64,000 bases of DNA from Candidatus Thorarchaeota archaeon (GCA_004524565.1 SDNZ01000002.1:106-64105), one strand, 5' to 3'. Shown: positions 32,270 to 41,706, counted from the stretch's first letter. Numbers and translations: made by a program. The notes: generated from the letters alone by a model not told the origin.

Positions 32270-32587
32270 TCATGTTAACTTAGCTAATCGGCTTGCAACT
32301 TCATCGAGTTGGGCTTTCGTTGTAACAATAGTAATGACTCCATAGGTTGGTAGTACCTTCAACTCCTCAACAAGGAGTGCTATTGCTTTTACTGCATCAA
32401 TTTCTTTCTTATCCAATGAACCATCTGGAAAAGTAAGTGATGCTTCAACCCACTTCACTTTCGTGTCGTCGGCTGGGAATAGGCAATAGATGTAGTCATC
32501 GTTACTGCATATGAAAGATGGCGAGTTCTCCCATGCTAGGGCGAGCATCGCACCAAAGTCCTTTGCGTTCGCAGCTTTGTCAGCCAT
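32270..32587 (-). CDS. Hypothetical protein
   Basis: 105-aa ORF, same strand as its neighbours. No motif recognised. Confidence 0.45.
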   Translation of the reverse strand: MADKAANAKDFGAMLALAWENSPSFICSNDDYIYCLFPADDTKVKWVEASLTFPDGSLDKKEIDAVKAIALLVEELKVLPTYGVITIVTTKAQLDEVASRLAKLT

Positions 32588-32668
32588 TAGGATTCATCCT
32601 CGGGCTAGATGTTATGCAAATGAACACAGTTGCTAACTTAATTGTTTTGGCCATGGACTCCGAGTGAT

Positions 32669-33253
32669 TTATGGTCGATGCCATGCAAAGGAATAATGCG
32701 CTATCTCCCCATTGTCTTTTACTGTGGCTATAATGAACCGTTTTCGAACACTGGTTGCCAATCTTCCAGCTCTTACAATATCTAATGGAACTACGCCTAC
32801 CTTTTGAGGGATAACATGTACAAGGAATGGCGCGTGATCTAGACCAGGACCTTTTTCGTACACCGCAAAATCAGTACCAAATTTCAAACCTGGGCGAACA
32901 ATATAGCCAAGCTCTCGTAATTGTGAATAGACTAGAAATCTATCTTTGAAATCTTCAGAAGTTCCTAAACCAAGTTCAAGAATCTCATCAAGGGTTAGAA
33001 CATGATTATCCTTGGAATCCAAGACTTGTGTTCTACCTGTTTTCGTAAGATATGCACATTCCAGAAGAGATAGCTCGAGTGGTTTGTCGAAAACAGAGGA
33101 TTTTGGTTTTCTAATTCCTACCGGTTGCCCAAAATACCCCTTCTTGTAAAGTGGCATACCTTGTTCAGGATTCCAAACAATAGCTCGGTCACCCACCAAT
33201 CTAGCTATTGCAACGGTGGATGTTTCTTCTGTCAAATCATGACACCTTATCAC
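32669..33253 (-). CDS. endA: tRNA-splicing endonuclease
   Basis: 194 aa. C-terminal catalytic domain FLVYSQLRELGYIVRPGLKFGTDFAVYEKGPGLDHAPFLVHV. Confidence 0.85.
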   Translation of the reverse strand: MIRCHDLTEETSTVAIARLVGDRAIVWNPEQGMPLYKKGYFGQPVGIRKPKSSVFDKPLELSLLECAYLTKTGRTQVLDSKDNHVLTLDEILELGLGTSEDFKDRFLVYSQLRELGYIVRPGLKFGTDFAVYEKGPGLDHAPFLVHVIPQKVGVVPLDIVRAGRLATSVRKRFIIATVKDNGEIAHYSFAWHRP

Positions 33254-33912
33254 ATGTTTAGAGTAAGTGAAAGCGTCCTGATAGTGATTGCAGCATCCTC
33301 TCCAAAGTTAGCAATATCCTCCATCATATTGATGAAATCCCGGAATCGTAACAGTATGGCTACAGGAATATCTGCTGGATATAGTAAGGACACAATATCA
33401 CGTTGTAAGATATCGATTTTCTTTTCTAGCGCACAAATGGCATCAGCTCGTTTCATGGACTCTTCCATATTAATTGAGAGAAATCGTACTGCCTCTCGCT
33501 GCTGAGTTATCTCTTCAATCACCGACTCACTCAGCTCGTTGATTTTCTCCTTCAATACACCCTCCGGAGTCCATTTGTCAATGATTGCTGCTAAGTGATA
33601 CAGGCACCATTCTGCTCCGTCAGCAAATTTATCATTATAATGAACAAGTCGGAGAAGATCCTCTCGCTGCATCAGTGTCTGTGCTTTTGCTAGTTCATTT
33701 AATATGGTGCGTTTAAGGTCATCACCTTTCTCTTCAAGTGCAGTGACCTTCTCAAGATCCTCTTTTGTAATAGAGCCCTTTCCAGCTAACCAATCAACTA
33801 CCGCATTTGCAACCATCTTGCTTGCAGCTAGTGCTTGTCGAAAATGCTCTTCTAACATCTGAGTGATGTTACTCAATTCAGAGGTAAGGAATCTATCGTT
33901 ATCAAGAACCAT
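33250..33912 (-). CDS. DUF47 / PhoU-like helical protein
   Basis: 220 aa, all-helical repeats (..LEEKGDDLKRTILNEL..., ...LEKKIDILQRDIVSLL...). The stop overlaps the endA start by 4 nt. Confidence 0.6.
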   Translation of the reverse strand: MVLDNDRFLTSELSNITQMLEEHFRQALAASKMVANAVVDWLAGKGSITKEDLEKVTALEEKGDDLKRTILNELAKAQTLMQREDLLRLVHYNDKFADGAEWCLYHLAAIIDKWTPEGVLKEKINELSESVIEEITQQREAVRFLSINMEESMKRADAICALEKKIDILQRDIVSLLYPADIPVAILLRFRDFINMMEDIANFGEDAAITIRTLSLTLNM

Positions 33913-33993
33913 TTCTCACACCCATCTTAAGCTGCAGTGCTTTGGAGTATCTTTTTAATTCTTCTGGATATCACGCACAACGAGGATTTCTCT

Positions 33994-34791
33994 ATGGAAT
34001 TATGGCAGATTATCGTTGCACTCATTCAAGGTCTTGCTGAATGGTTACCTATCAGCAGCGAAGGTCTACTTGCGTTTTACATAAACAACTTTGTACCTGC
34101 ACAAAAAGATAACATCCTTACTCTGGTTGTTTGGCTTCATCTAGGCACTTCCTTAGCTGTCATTGTACGATATCCAAGAATTATCCTCGACCTAATTTCT
34201 TTGAAAGATAGAATTCTATTGAAACGTTTGATTATTGCCACAATTGGAACTGCTGCAACTGCAATCCCTCTCTACATCATCCTCAAGGACAGTATAGTGC
34301 TATTTCAGGGCATGCTGCTGAATATGCTTGTAGGTGGTTTACTCTTGGTAACTGCTCTGGTCTTGTATCTACCAACACGCGTATCTACTGTTGATAGCCA
34401 GGAAATCGAAACTAGGGACGTTACAGATAAAGAAGCACTAGTAACGGGTCTTGTTCAAGGTTCTGCAGTTCTCCCAGGACTTAGTCGTTCAGGAGTCACT
34501 GTATCTTCACTACTAATGCAAAAAGTCGATAAAGAAACCGCCTTCCGATTTAGTTTCTTGATGTCCGTACCTGCAGTGTTAGGAATTCTCGCTTTAGAAA
34601 TTGTCACGGGGGATGCAATTCTCCCAAATGTTGAACTCGTGGATATGATACTCATCGAAGCAATTGTATTCATTGTAGGTCTTGTATCAATGGAATTTCT
34701 ATTACGATTAGCTAGAAGGGTACGCTTCTGGAAATTATGTTTGGTCCTAGCTCTAATTGCAATATTGTTTGGAATTGCCACTTTGCCTTGA
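33994..34791 (+). CDS. uppP: Undecaprenyl-diphosphate phosphatase (UppP/BacA family)
   Basis: Motifs GLAEWLPISSEG and LPGLSRSGVTVSS. Multi-TM. The ORF track begins at 33937 (GTG). The ATG at 33994 (MELWQIIVALIQG) fits family N-termini better. Confidence 0.85.
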   Translation: MELWQIIVALIQGLAEWLPISSEGLLAFYINNFVPAQKDNILTLVVWLHLGTSLAVIVRYPRIILDLISLKDRILLKRLIIATIGTAATAIPLYIILKDSIVLFQGMLLNMLVGGLLLVTALVLYLPTRVSTVDSQEIETRDVTDKEALVTGLVQGSAVLPGLSRSGVTVSSLLMQKVDKETAFRFSFLMSVPAVLGILALEIVTGDAILPNVELVDMILIEAIVFIVGLVSMEFLLRLARRVRFWKLCLVLALIAILFGIATLP

Positions 34792-34797
34792 AGGTCA

Positions 34798-35517
34798 CTA
34801 CTCTGACCGTTTCTGGAACATTATAGCTATTGGCGCATTGGCTTTCCTCCACTCTGCCAGTTTTCCCTCGTAATTGAGGGGAATGGGGTGCCTACCGTGA
34901 TTACCTATTATGATGAATAATGTATCCTCTCGTGCTTGACGAAGTAGTACTTTAATCCAGTTATCTGTTCGTCGTACTATTTTTTCCAGAAGTGTCTTTG
35001 GTGGAGTTCTATGACCATACTGAGCATATAGGCTTTCAAAATCAAGAAAGTGAAGATACAATAGTTCGCTCTTGAATATGTGTTTGGTAGATTCGATATA
35101 GGTTGCCATGTCATCTCGGGGATTAACAGTGTATCCTGGGCCAAAACCAAAATTGGACATATCCTGTTCCCTGCAAACAACTCTGACGACTTTCCCATGT
35201 GATTTTACAAAATTTATCAGGTGAAAATCTGGATGCGGTCCATGGAGGAAAGTATTGATCAATGGCACCGCGTAAGGATCCTCTGTTTCAATGACAGCTA
35301 GTGCTTCCATATTCTTGATTAATGCTTCAGGTTTATAGACAACTGCCTCAAACAACCCGAAGTTGTCAATAACGACTATGACCACAGCTTTTGCGTTGAA
35401 CTTCTTCAATAGTTCTTGGTTTGCTGGTAAGAGTCCCTCTGGAACCTCAATTTTGAGAAATCCCAAGATTGTTGATGGGAATTCCAATGCGGTGGTTCTA
35501 ACCTGTGGGAACGACAT
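34798..35517 (-). CDS. Hypothetical protein, possibly alkaline-phosphatase-superfamily metalloenzyme fold
   Basis: 239 aa. VIVVIDNFG ... LHFLDFESLYAQYGH ... FIIIGNHG loosely recall AP-superfamily metal-ligand blocks. Weak. Confidence 0.4.
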   Translation of the reverse strand: MSFPQVRTTALEFPSTILGFLKIEVPEGLLPANQELLKKFNAKAVVIVVIDNFGLFEAVVYKPEALIKNMEALAVIETEDPYAVPLINTFLHGPHPDFHLINFVKSHGKVVRVVCREQDMSNFGFGPGYTVNPRDDMATYIESTKHIFKSELLYLHFLDFESLYAQYGHRTPPKTLLEKIVRRTDNWIKVLLRQAREDTLFIIIGNHGRHPIPLNYEGKLAEWRKANAPIAIMFQKRSE

Positions 35518-35660
35518 TCCTTTTCCTCAATCCTCTACTACCATTTACTATTAGGGACACTCAATAACTTTTGGTGAACGTCCTCAGCGTATTCAATATC
35601 ATACTAAATACTATGCCCTCCCTCTTTAACCTATGGAAGGATTATTAGGGATTGCACATT

Positions 35661-35681
35661 ATCGACCATCTTGAGGTCGAT
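35661..35681 (+). promoter_or_regulatory. Hairpin overlapping the Shine-Dalgarno motif of the Get3/ArsA gene
   Basis: ATCGACC (35661-67) pairs with GGTCGAT (35675-81), a perfect 7-bp inverted repeat with a 7-nt loop. The 3' arm contains the GAGGT SD, 3 nt before ATG 35684. Confidence 0.3.
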
Positions 35682-35683
35682 TC

Positions 35684-36652
35684 ATGACTCTCGCAGATGT
35701 AGTTTATAATGACTCAGTCAAATTCATCCTTTCTGGTGGGAAGGGTGGTGTTGGAAAGACAAGCTGTGCAGGTGCCATGGCTGTGCTTTCTGCTAATCGC
35801 GGATTTCGAACACTTGTTCTCTCCACTGATCCAGCTCATAGTCTAAGTGATAGTTTTGATCAGGACCTTTCTGGAGGAGAAGTCATCCCAATTGAAGGGT
35901 TCAAGAATCTCTGGGGCATGGAGATAAATACAGAGAAAGGTATGCAAGATTTTCAGCAAACTCTTGGAGAGAGTCAATTGGGTCCTGAAGCTGAAATGGC
36001 TTCTTCCCTTATGGGTGATATGACTGGAATGTCACCTCCCGGATCTGATGAAGCGATGGCATTTGGAAAAATCTTGGAATTCATTGAGGATGCATCATAT
36101 GACCGAGTCATCTTTGATACCGCACCAACCGGGCATACGCTTAAGCTTCTGGAATTGCCTGATTTGCTCGATTCTTGGCTGGGAAAAATGCTGACCTTGC
36201 GTCAGAGACTCAGTTCCATGATGGGCGGTCTCAGAAGTATGCTGGGTGGAGCACAACAAGAGGACAATTCCTGGGAGATGCTCCAACAGACGAAAGATAA
36301 GATACGGGCTGCCAGTGTTCAGCTGTCAGACCCCAATATAACTCAGTTCGTCGTAGTCATGATTCCTGAAGCAATGGCTGTATTCGAAACTCAGCGACTA
36401 CTACTAAGTCTGAAGAAGTGGAATATACCTGCAAATATTATTGTTGTAAATCAGCTAGTACCTCCTAATCCCTCCTGTCAATTCTGCTCGAAACGTTATG
36501 AAATGCAACAGAATAACCTGAAAGATATTGCAGAACTCTATTCCGATATGACTCTGATTGAAGTCCCTCTCTTCGATGGTGAAATACGAGGAATCGAAGA
36601 ATTAACAAGACTGGGAAAGATACTAACTGGTGAAAAGGAGGAATACTTGTGA
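35684..36652 (+). CDS. Get3/ArsA-family ATPase (tail-anchored protein targeting factor homolog)
   Basis: 322 aa. Deviant Walker A GGKGGVGKTS, then DPAHSLSD and DTAPTGHTLKLL. Met-rich helices (EMASSLMGDMTGM; LSSMMGGLRSMLGG). CxxC (CQFC) as in Get3 dimer-zinc sites. Confidence 0.88.
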   Translation: MTLADVVYNDSVKFILSGGKGGVGKTSCAGAMAVLSANRGFRTLVLSTDPAHSLSDSFDQDLSGGEVIPIEGFKNLWGMEINTEKGMQDFQQTLGESQLGPEAEMASSLMGDMTGMSPPGSDEAMAFGKILEFIEDASYDRVIFDTAPTGHTLKLLELPDLLDSWLGKMLTLRQRLSSMMGGLRSMLGGAQQEDNSWEMLQQTKDKIRAASVQLSDPNITQFVVVMIPEAMAVFETQRLLLSLKKWNIPANIIVVNQLVPPNPSCQFCSKRYEMQQNNLKDIAELYSDMTLIEVPLFDGEIRGIEELTRLGKILTGEKEEYL

Positions 36653-36753
36653 GACGTGAAACTCGGAAAAAAATAATCTCATTCATTTTTGTTCTGATAT
36701 TCTTAGGCTCAATGGCTGCGACGATAATTTTCATTTTCAAGCCATGGACCTGA
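36649..36753 (+). CDS. Possible 34-aa tail-anchor-like mini membrane protein
   Basis: Not in the ORF track. The GTG overlaps the Get3 stop (GTGA), with GGAGG 8 nt upstream. Translation (M)RRETRKKIISFIFVLIFLGSMAATIIFIFKPWT has a basic N-terminus and a single C-terminal TM. Confidence 0.4.
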   Translation: MRRETRKKIISFIFVLIFLGSMAATIIFIFKPWT

Positions 36754-36769
36754 ATTAGAAATGGGGTAA

Positions 36770-36913
36770 TCACGCGCCTTTAACACGTTTGACAACTGGT
36801 GGACGGACCTTGTATAGGATTCTGCCACCGCAGTATGGGCACTTGACTCCGGGGAGTGTTTTAAGACCTTCTGGAGTTACTTCTCTATGACAACTATGAC
36901 ATGTATATACCAC
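36770..36913 (-). CDS. rpoP: DNA-directed RNA polymerase subunit P (RpoP / Rpb12 homolog)
   Basis: Not in the ORF track (47 aa). GTG start. (M)VYTCHSCHREVTPEGLKTLPGVKCPYCGGRILYKVRPPVVKRVKGA has the C-x2-C ... C-x2-C zinc ribbon with the RILYK signature. Confidence 0.8.
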   Translation of the reverse strand: MVYTCHSCHREVTPEGLKTLPGVKCPYCGGRILYKVRPPVVKRVKGA

Positions 36914-37035
36914 GGTGAGTCACCACGTTGTTTTGCGATTCTATGTCAATATGAAGCTTTGCTTACGGTGTTTAAATTGTGAGTGTAGTGGGTGAACCTA
37001 TTCTTTTAATACTGCCAAATGGATTATAATAATGG

Positions 37036-38601
37036 GTGGATTACTTGCATGCGAAGTATTACTCTCTCTTCTTGTTAGTTATTCTTGCTAGTCCTCTATG
37101 TTTTGCTTTTACACCAAGTACTGGTATCCCGATGCCAATACAACATTCATCAGCAGCAATCGCAGACACAACATCCTTCGTAAGAGGACCAACAGTAAAT
37201 CTAGTTACAAATGAATCCGCATTGATTTTCTGGCGAACTGAGGGCGTGACTAATGCAACGGTCTGGTATGGTTTGAACACCTCAGTAATCGAGTCTGTTG
37301 TGAACACGACTCTCGATACAGACCACAGAATTCAACTAACGGGATTAGAGATTGATTCCAAATACTTCTACAAAGTGTCTTCAAATAATACGGAAAGTGC
37401 TCTCTATCATTTCCGAACGGCACCTCCTGATGGTGAAGAATTCAAAATGATTGTTATTGGTGACAATCGACCGGCATCAATTAGTTACATTCAACCTGAT
37501 GAATTCAAGCAACTAGCTCAGATGATTATTGATGAGGCGCCTCATATAGTAATAATGTCTGGAGATTATGTCCTTGATGTCAGCGCAGATGATTCGTATA
37601 ATCTCGCAGGCTGGGCAGCTTTCACAAACATAAGTGACTCAATAGGACATTATGCTCCAATCTATGGCGCTCTTGGAAATCACGACACTGGAGCAAAGAC
37701 TGGTACATTAAGGTTACAATACTACTTTGATGCTTTCGAACACTATAATGAACCATCTACATATTTTTCATTCGACTATGCCGGCACTCATTTTGCAATA
37801 ATAGACACCGAGATACAACACTATGAAGGAAGGATTACCGGTGATCAATACACATGGCTCGTAAATGATTTAGAATCCAGTGATTGCTCGATTAAATATG
37901 TCGTCGGACATCGCCCGATGTATCCACTAAGTCATATCGGGGATTCGATTGATAGTAATCCTACGGAACGTGCAAGGCTTCAGCAGCTCTTTGAAGATCA
38001 GAATGTGACAGCATACATCTGTGGTCACGATCATCTTTTCGACAGACTCACAGTTAATGGACTAGTACATCTAATATCTGGTGGAGGTGGGGCACCACCC
38101 TACGATACTTTCTGGGGCGATGCATATTACCACTACATGCGAATCAATTCTAGTTATAGTCACGTAAACATGTCTACAATCAAACTGAACGGTGAAATAG
38201 GTTATAATTACCAATTGCCATATTTGGGCCCCCTTGAAATTGCAATTCGAGTTCTTGGGAATGGAAGCACAGCACAAACTGGGACACTACCTGAAATTTA
38301 CTTCAGTGAAGAACCAAGCCAAATATACTATTCATGGGATTTAGGAGTGAATCAAACAGAACTGACCGGACTTCCTAACATCAATGGACAGCATAGTCTT
38401 GATGTGTATGCATTAGATTCCGATGATGTCTGGACCCATGAGCGTTTTGTTTTGACAACTGTAGGTGCAACACCGACCACTACAGCTCCGCCACCTTTAG
38501 TACTCGATCCGCTCTTGATAGGAGGAATTGCAGTTGCAGGAATTGTAGTAGTTGTGGTCGTCATCGTCTTCCGACGCCGTCAGGTTCCATTATCTGGTTG
38601 A
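37036..38601 (+). CDS. Secreted/anchored calcineurin-like metallophosphoesterase (purple-acid-phosphatase-like)
   Basis: 521 aa. N-terminal signal-like helix, FN3-like PAP N-domain (VWYG...YFYKV), motifs GDNR, GDYV, GNHD, GHRP, GHDH. Thr/Pro linker plus a C-terminal TM and RRRQ anchor. Confidence 0.85.
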   Translation: MDYLHAKYYSLFLLVILASPLCFAFTPSTGIPMPIQHSSAAIADTTSFVRGPTVNLVTNESALIFWRTEGVTNATVWYGLNTSVIESVVNTTLDTDHRIQLTGLEIDSKYFYKVSSNNTESALYHFRTAPPDGEEFKMIVIGDNRPASISYIQPDEFKQLAQMIIDEAPHIVIMSGDYVLDVSADDSYNLAGWAAFTNISDSIGHYAPIYGALGNHDTGAKTGTLRLQYYFDAFEHYNEPSTYFSFDYAGTHFAIIDTEIQHYEGRITGDQYTWLVNDLESSDCSIKYVVGHRPMYPLSHIGDSIDSNPTERARLQQLFEDQNVTAYICGHDHLFDRLTVNGLVHLISGGGGAPPYDTFWGDAYYHYMRINSSYSHVNMSTIKLNGEIGYNYQLPYLGPLEIAIRVLGNGSTAQTGTLPEIYFSEEPSQIYYSWDLGVNQTELTGLPNINGQHSLDVYALDSDDVWTHERFVLTTVGATPTTTAPPPLVLDPLLIGGIAVAGIVVVVVVIVFRRRQVPLSG

Positions 38602-40175
38602 ACAACTTCACCTGCAACTAGTCCACTACTAAGAACCTTTGAAACACGAACATCAAGTAGGGTTCCTGGAGAGTAACCTCCAGGGACAGTCATCAATGGT
38701 CCCTCCTCTAGCGGATTTACCATTGTGTATCCATGGCGGACCCAAGACGGTTCAGCTGCTATTCCTCGCAATATCTTTCCAAGGTAGTTATCCTTCTTCT
38801 CTCGATTGATTTTATCTGCTTCTTGTCTGAGTAGTAATCCAAGCTCATCTTTTGTGGACGATTCTGGATACTTCTCGAAGGCTGAACCTGGTAAGGGACG
38901 AAAACCGTACAGGATTATTCTCTCCGCACCTGCCTTGCTGACTTCTCTCATTACCTCTATTGACTCAGTAATGGTTTCTTCATCTTCTCCTGGTAATCCG
39001 TAGATGAAGTAAACAAAAGGATTCATTCCGTACTTTGTTGCTATGCGTACTGCAGAGATAACATCACCTGGAGAACCGCACTTTCCAATATCTCGCAAGT
39101 GTTTTTCCGAACCAGTCTCAAGTCCGATATTGGGAGAACTCGACATCATAGAATCAACTAGTGTCTTTGCTACATCTTCAGTAAACAAACATGCCTTCAT
39201 GTTCTCAATTGCAATATGGGCGGTCTTATTGGTAACCTGTGGTAGTGCGTTCAATCTCTCCAATAGGTCTCTAATTGCATTCAGATTAGCCGGAGGATAG
39301 CATGGATCTGTTAGTGGTTCATTTCCTCGCATGAAGTCTAGAAATCCTGGAGACTCGAGTACAATCCGATGAACTCCCAAGTCGAGTAATTCACGAACTT
39401 CTTCAACAATGACTTCCGTTGTGCGACTACGAGGCGGACCCCACGTTCCTGGCACACTACAAAATCCGCATCCTGGCGGTATATCTTCTGGACAATTCAT
39501 TCTTGCTGCAGGATCATCCGCATCACAATTACCACAATCAGAGCATTGCCGCCCATCCTCAAGTCGAAGGTTAGTTCTTCTGAAGTTGGAGCAGCCACGA
39601 GTCACCTCGACGTACACTTTGCTTGCTTGATACGCTCTGTAATCAATAATCCTGGTTGTTGATGGTCTGTAATCATCAGAGAGCGCTTTGGAAGGAATAA
39701 AGTCTCTCGGTTTTGTTGTTACAATCTTTCCGCCTGCAGGATAGGCAACTCCTCTTACTTCGGATAACTCTACATATTTGTCAAGGAATCCCTTTGTTAC
39801 TAATTCTTCAAGAGTAGCTTCTCCTTCTCCTATCACAATAACATCGGGATTCAACTCTATCAGAGATAACGGATCTGCAGAAATTGGGCCACCGATGAGG
39901 AGTCTTCCATGGGTACGCGAACCGTACCATAATTTAACGAATTTAGTGACTGCAGGAAGGTCCATGGTCATTGCACTAATTGCGGCATGGTCAAACTTTC
40001 GGAGGATTGCCCGTTTTTCAAGAATCTCTTCCACTCTATGGATCTGACAAGGGATATCGTTATTTTCAAGCACTCCCGCCACTGCTCTCGGTCCACATCC
40101 TATCGAATCTCGTGAACTCCGACGCTGACCTGTCCCTGCACTGAGGGCATCCACAATAAGCACTCTATTTGTCAT
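38580..40175 (-). CDS. Radical SAM protein with a B12-binding-like N-terminal domain and a TRAM-like C-terminus
   Basis: 531 aa. EVTRGCSNF ... CSDCGNC ... PPGCGFCSV Cys cluster region, TIM-barrel-like middle, and a C-terminal PGTLLDVRVSKVLSSGLVAGEVV. Confidence 0.75.
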   Translation of the reverse strand: MTNRVLIVDALSAGTGQRRSSRDSIGCGPRAVAGVLENNDIPCQIHRVEEILEKRAILRKFDHAAISAMTMDLPAVTKFVKLWYGSRTHGRLLIGGPISADPLSLIELNPDVIVIGEGEATLEELVTKGFLDKYVELSEVRGVAYPAGGKIVTTKPRDFIPSKALSDDYRPSTTRIIDYRAYQASKVYVEVTRGCSNFRRTNLRLEDGRQCSDCGNCDADDPAARMNCPEDIPPGCGFCSVPGTWGPPRSRTTEVIVEEVRELLDLGVHRIVLESPGFLDFMRGNEPLTDPCYPPANLNAIRDLLERLNALPQVTNKTAHIAIENMKACLFTEDVAKTLVDSMMSSSPNIGLETGSEKHLRDIGKCGSPGDVISAVRIATKYGMNPFVYFIYGLPGEDEETITESIEVMREVSKAGAERIILYGFRPLPGSAFEKYPESSTKDELGLLLRQEADKINREKKDNYLGKILRGIAAEPSWVRHGYTMVNPLEEGPLMTVPGGYSPGTLLDVRVSKVLSSGLVAGEVVQPDNGT

Positions 40176-40305
40176 GACTATGGAAAAAAAAGTGGAATTG
40201 TGCTATTTACTCTTGCCTAAGACCTCGCCCTATAACTTTTAAGGCACTGTGGACACTTCTCCCCCAGCACAATGCTAAAACCAAATCTTAGGAGTACATA
40301 ACTGC

Positions 40306-40650
40306 GTGAGTGACGACGAAGGCGGAATCTGCCCGAATTGCGGTTTGCCTAAAGACCTGTGTGTCTGTGAGACTATAGCACAGGAAGAGGCAAGAATTAG
40401 TGTGACTGTCGAGCGTAGAAAGTGGGGACGTTTAACCACTATTGTTGAAGGTTTTGACAAGAATATCGATATTGGAGATCTAGCCACGAAGCTGAAGGCC
40501 AAGTTAGCGTGTGGTGGTGCTGCGAAGCACGGTCATATCGAACTTCAAGGAGACCATAGAGGTGTCATTGGAGGGGTTCTTGCCAAACTTGGATTCCCTG
40601 AAGAAATGGTCCAAATTGATTGGACTTTCCAGAGTAAGGGAAGACGTTAG
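40306..40650 (+). CDS. sui1: Translation initiation factor aSUI1 (eIF1 homolog)
   Basis: 114 aa. CPNCGLPKDLCVC followed by ISVTVERRKWGRLTTIVEGFD...LATKLKAKLACGG...IELQGDHR. GTG start. Confidence 0.9.
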   Translation: MSDDEGGICPNCGLPKDLCVCETIAQEEARISVTVERRKWGRLTTIVEGFDKNIDIGDLATKLKAKLACGGAAKHGHIELQGDHRGVIGGVLAKLGFPEEMVQIDWTFQSKGRR

Positions 40651-40737
40651 TCTATCTCCATCTCCTCGAGGGGATGGAGTGCATCTATTTTATCAAAATA
40701 GTGCGAACTAGGACTACGGTTTGAAAGAGAGAGTACG

Positions 40738-41706
40738 CTATCCCAAACTCATCGAATCGATTCCTAGTTTCTTTACAATCTCCTTGTATCGGTTTCGAAC
40801 AGTGACTTCTGTGACTCTAGCCACTTCAGCAATCTCTCGCTGTGTCCTTCGTTCATCTAGCATGATTGAGGCTACGTAGATTGCGGCTGCTGCCAGTCCA
40901 AGGGGGTCTCTTCCAATTGTAAGACCCATTGTTCTACTCTGATGCAGTATCTCAACTGTCCGTAATTGTACTGGACTGGAAAGCTCAAGCTCGGAAGCAA
41001 AACGAGAGATGTAATCAATTGGGTTAGATAATGGTATCTTAATTGCCAAACTCCGAAGAAGAAGTCGATAGCATTGACCTAACTTCTTTCTATCAACTCT
41101 TGATGAGTCTGCTACCTCATCTAGCGGTCTAGGCTTCTGTCTGATTCTACAAGCAGCATAAAGTGTCGCTGCAACCATTGCCTCTATTGAACGACCGCGA
41201 ACCAATTTCTTGATTATTGATTTTCGGTAAAGAAGCGCTGCAAGTTCTCTAATTGGTCCAGGTATTCCTAATTGTGAGGACAAACGCTCCAGCTCGCTCA
41301 TCGCCTGAGCGAGGTTTCTATCCATGCTTGAATGCACTCTACTCCGAATCTGCCATTTTCGCAAACGATAGATTTCAGACCTACGAGTTGGACTGAGCTT
41401 CCTTCCTGAAGTGTCTCGGTCTCTCCAATCAATGACCGTGGATAATCCCTTATCATGAACAGTATAGCGAACCGGTGCTCCAACTCTACTTCGAGAATCA
41501 CTTTCTTCAGCACTGAATGCTCTCCATTCAGCACCAGTATCAATACGGTGATCTGAAAGAACTAGGCCGCAACCTCCACACACCCGCTCTCCTCGAGCCA
41601 AGTCTTCTATGACTGAAGTTGAATGGCATTCAGAACACTCGATTGGTTCTGATAGAGAATCAGCACCTGTATCTTTCTTCCTTTCGGTACTTCCAGTACG
41701 GTCCAA
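40738..41706 (-). CDS. tfb: Transcription initiation factor IIB (TFB), paralog 2
   Basis: 322 aa. Zn ribbon CSECHS...CGGCG and two cyclin repeats, ending ...RTQREIAEVARVTEVTVRNRYK. Clearly paralogous to 22179-23123. Confidence 0.95.
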   Translation of the reverse strand: MDRTGSTERKKDTGADSLSEPIECSECHSTSVIEDLARGERVCGGCGLVLSDHRIDTGAEWRAFSAEESDSRSRVGAPVRYTVHDKGLSTVIDWRDRDTSGRKLSPTRRSEIYRLRKWQIRSRVHSSMDRNLAQAMSELERLSSQLGIPGPIRELAALLYRKSIIKKLVRGRSIEAMVAATLYAACRIRQKPRPLDEVADSSRVDRKKLGQCYRLLLRSLAIKIPLSNPIDYISRFASELELSSPVQLRTVEILHQSRTMGLTIGRDPLGLAAAAIYVASIMLDERRTQREIAEVARVTEVTVRNRYKEIVKKLGIDSMSLG

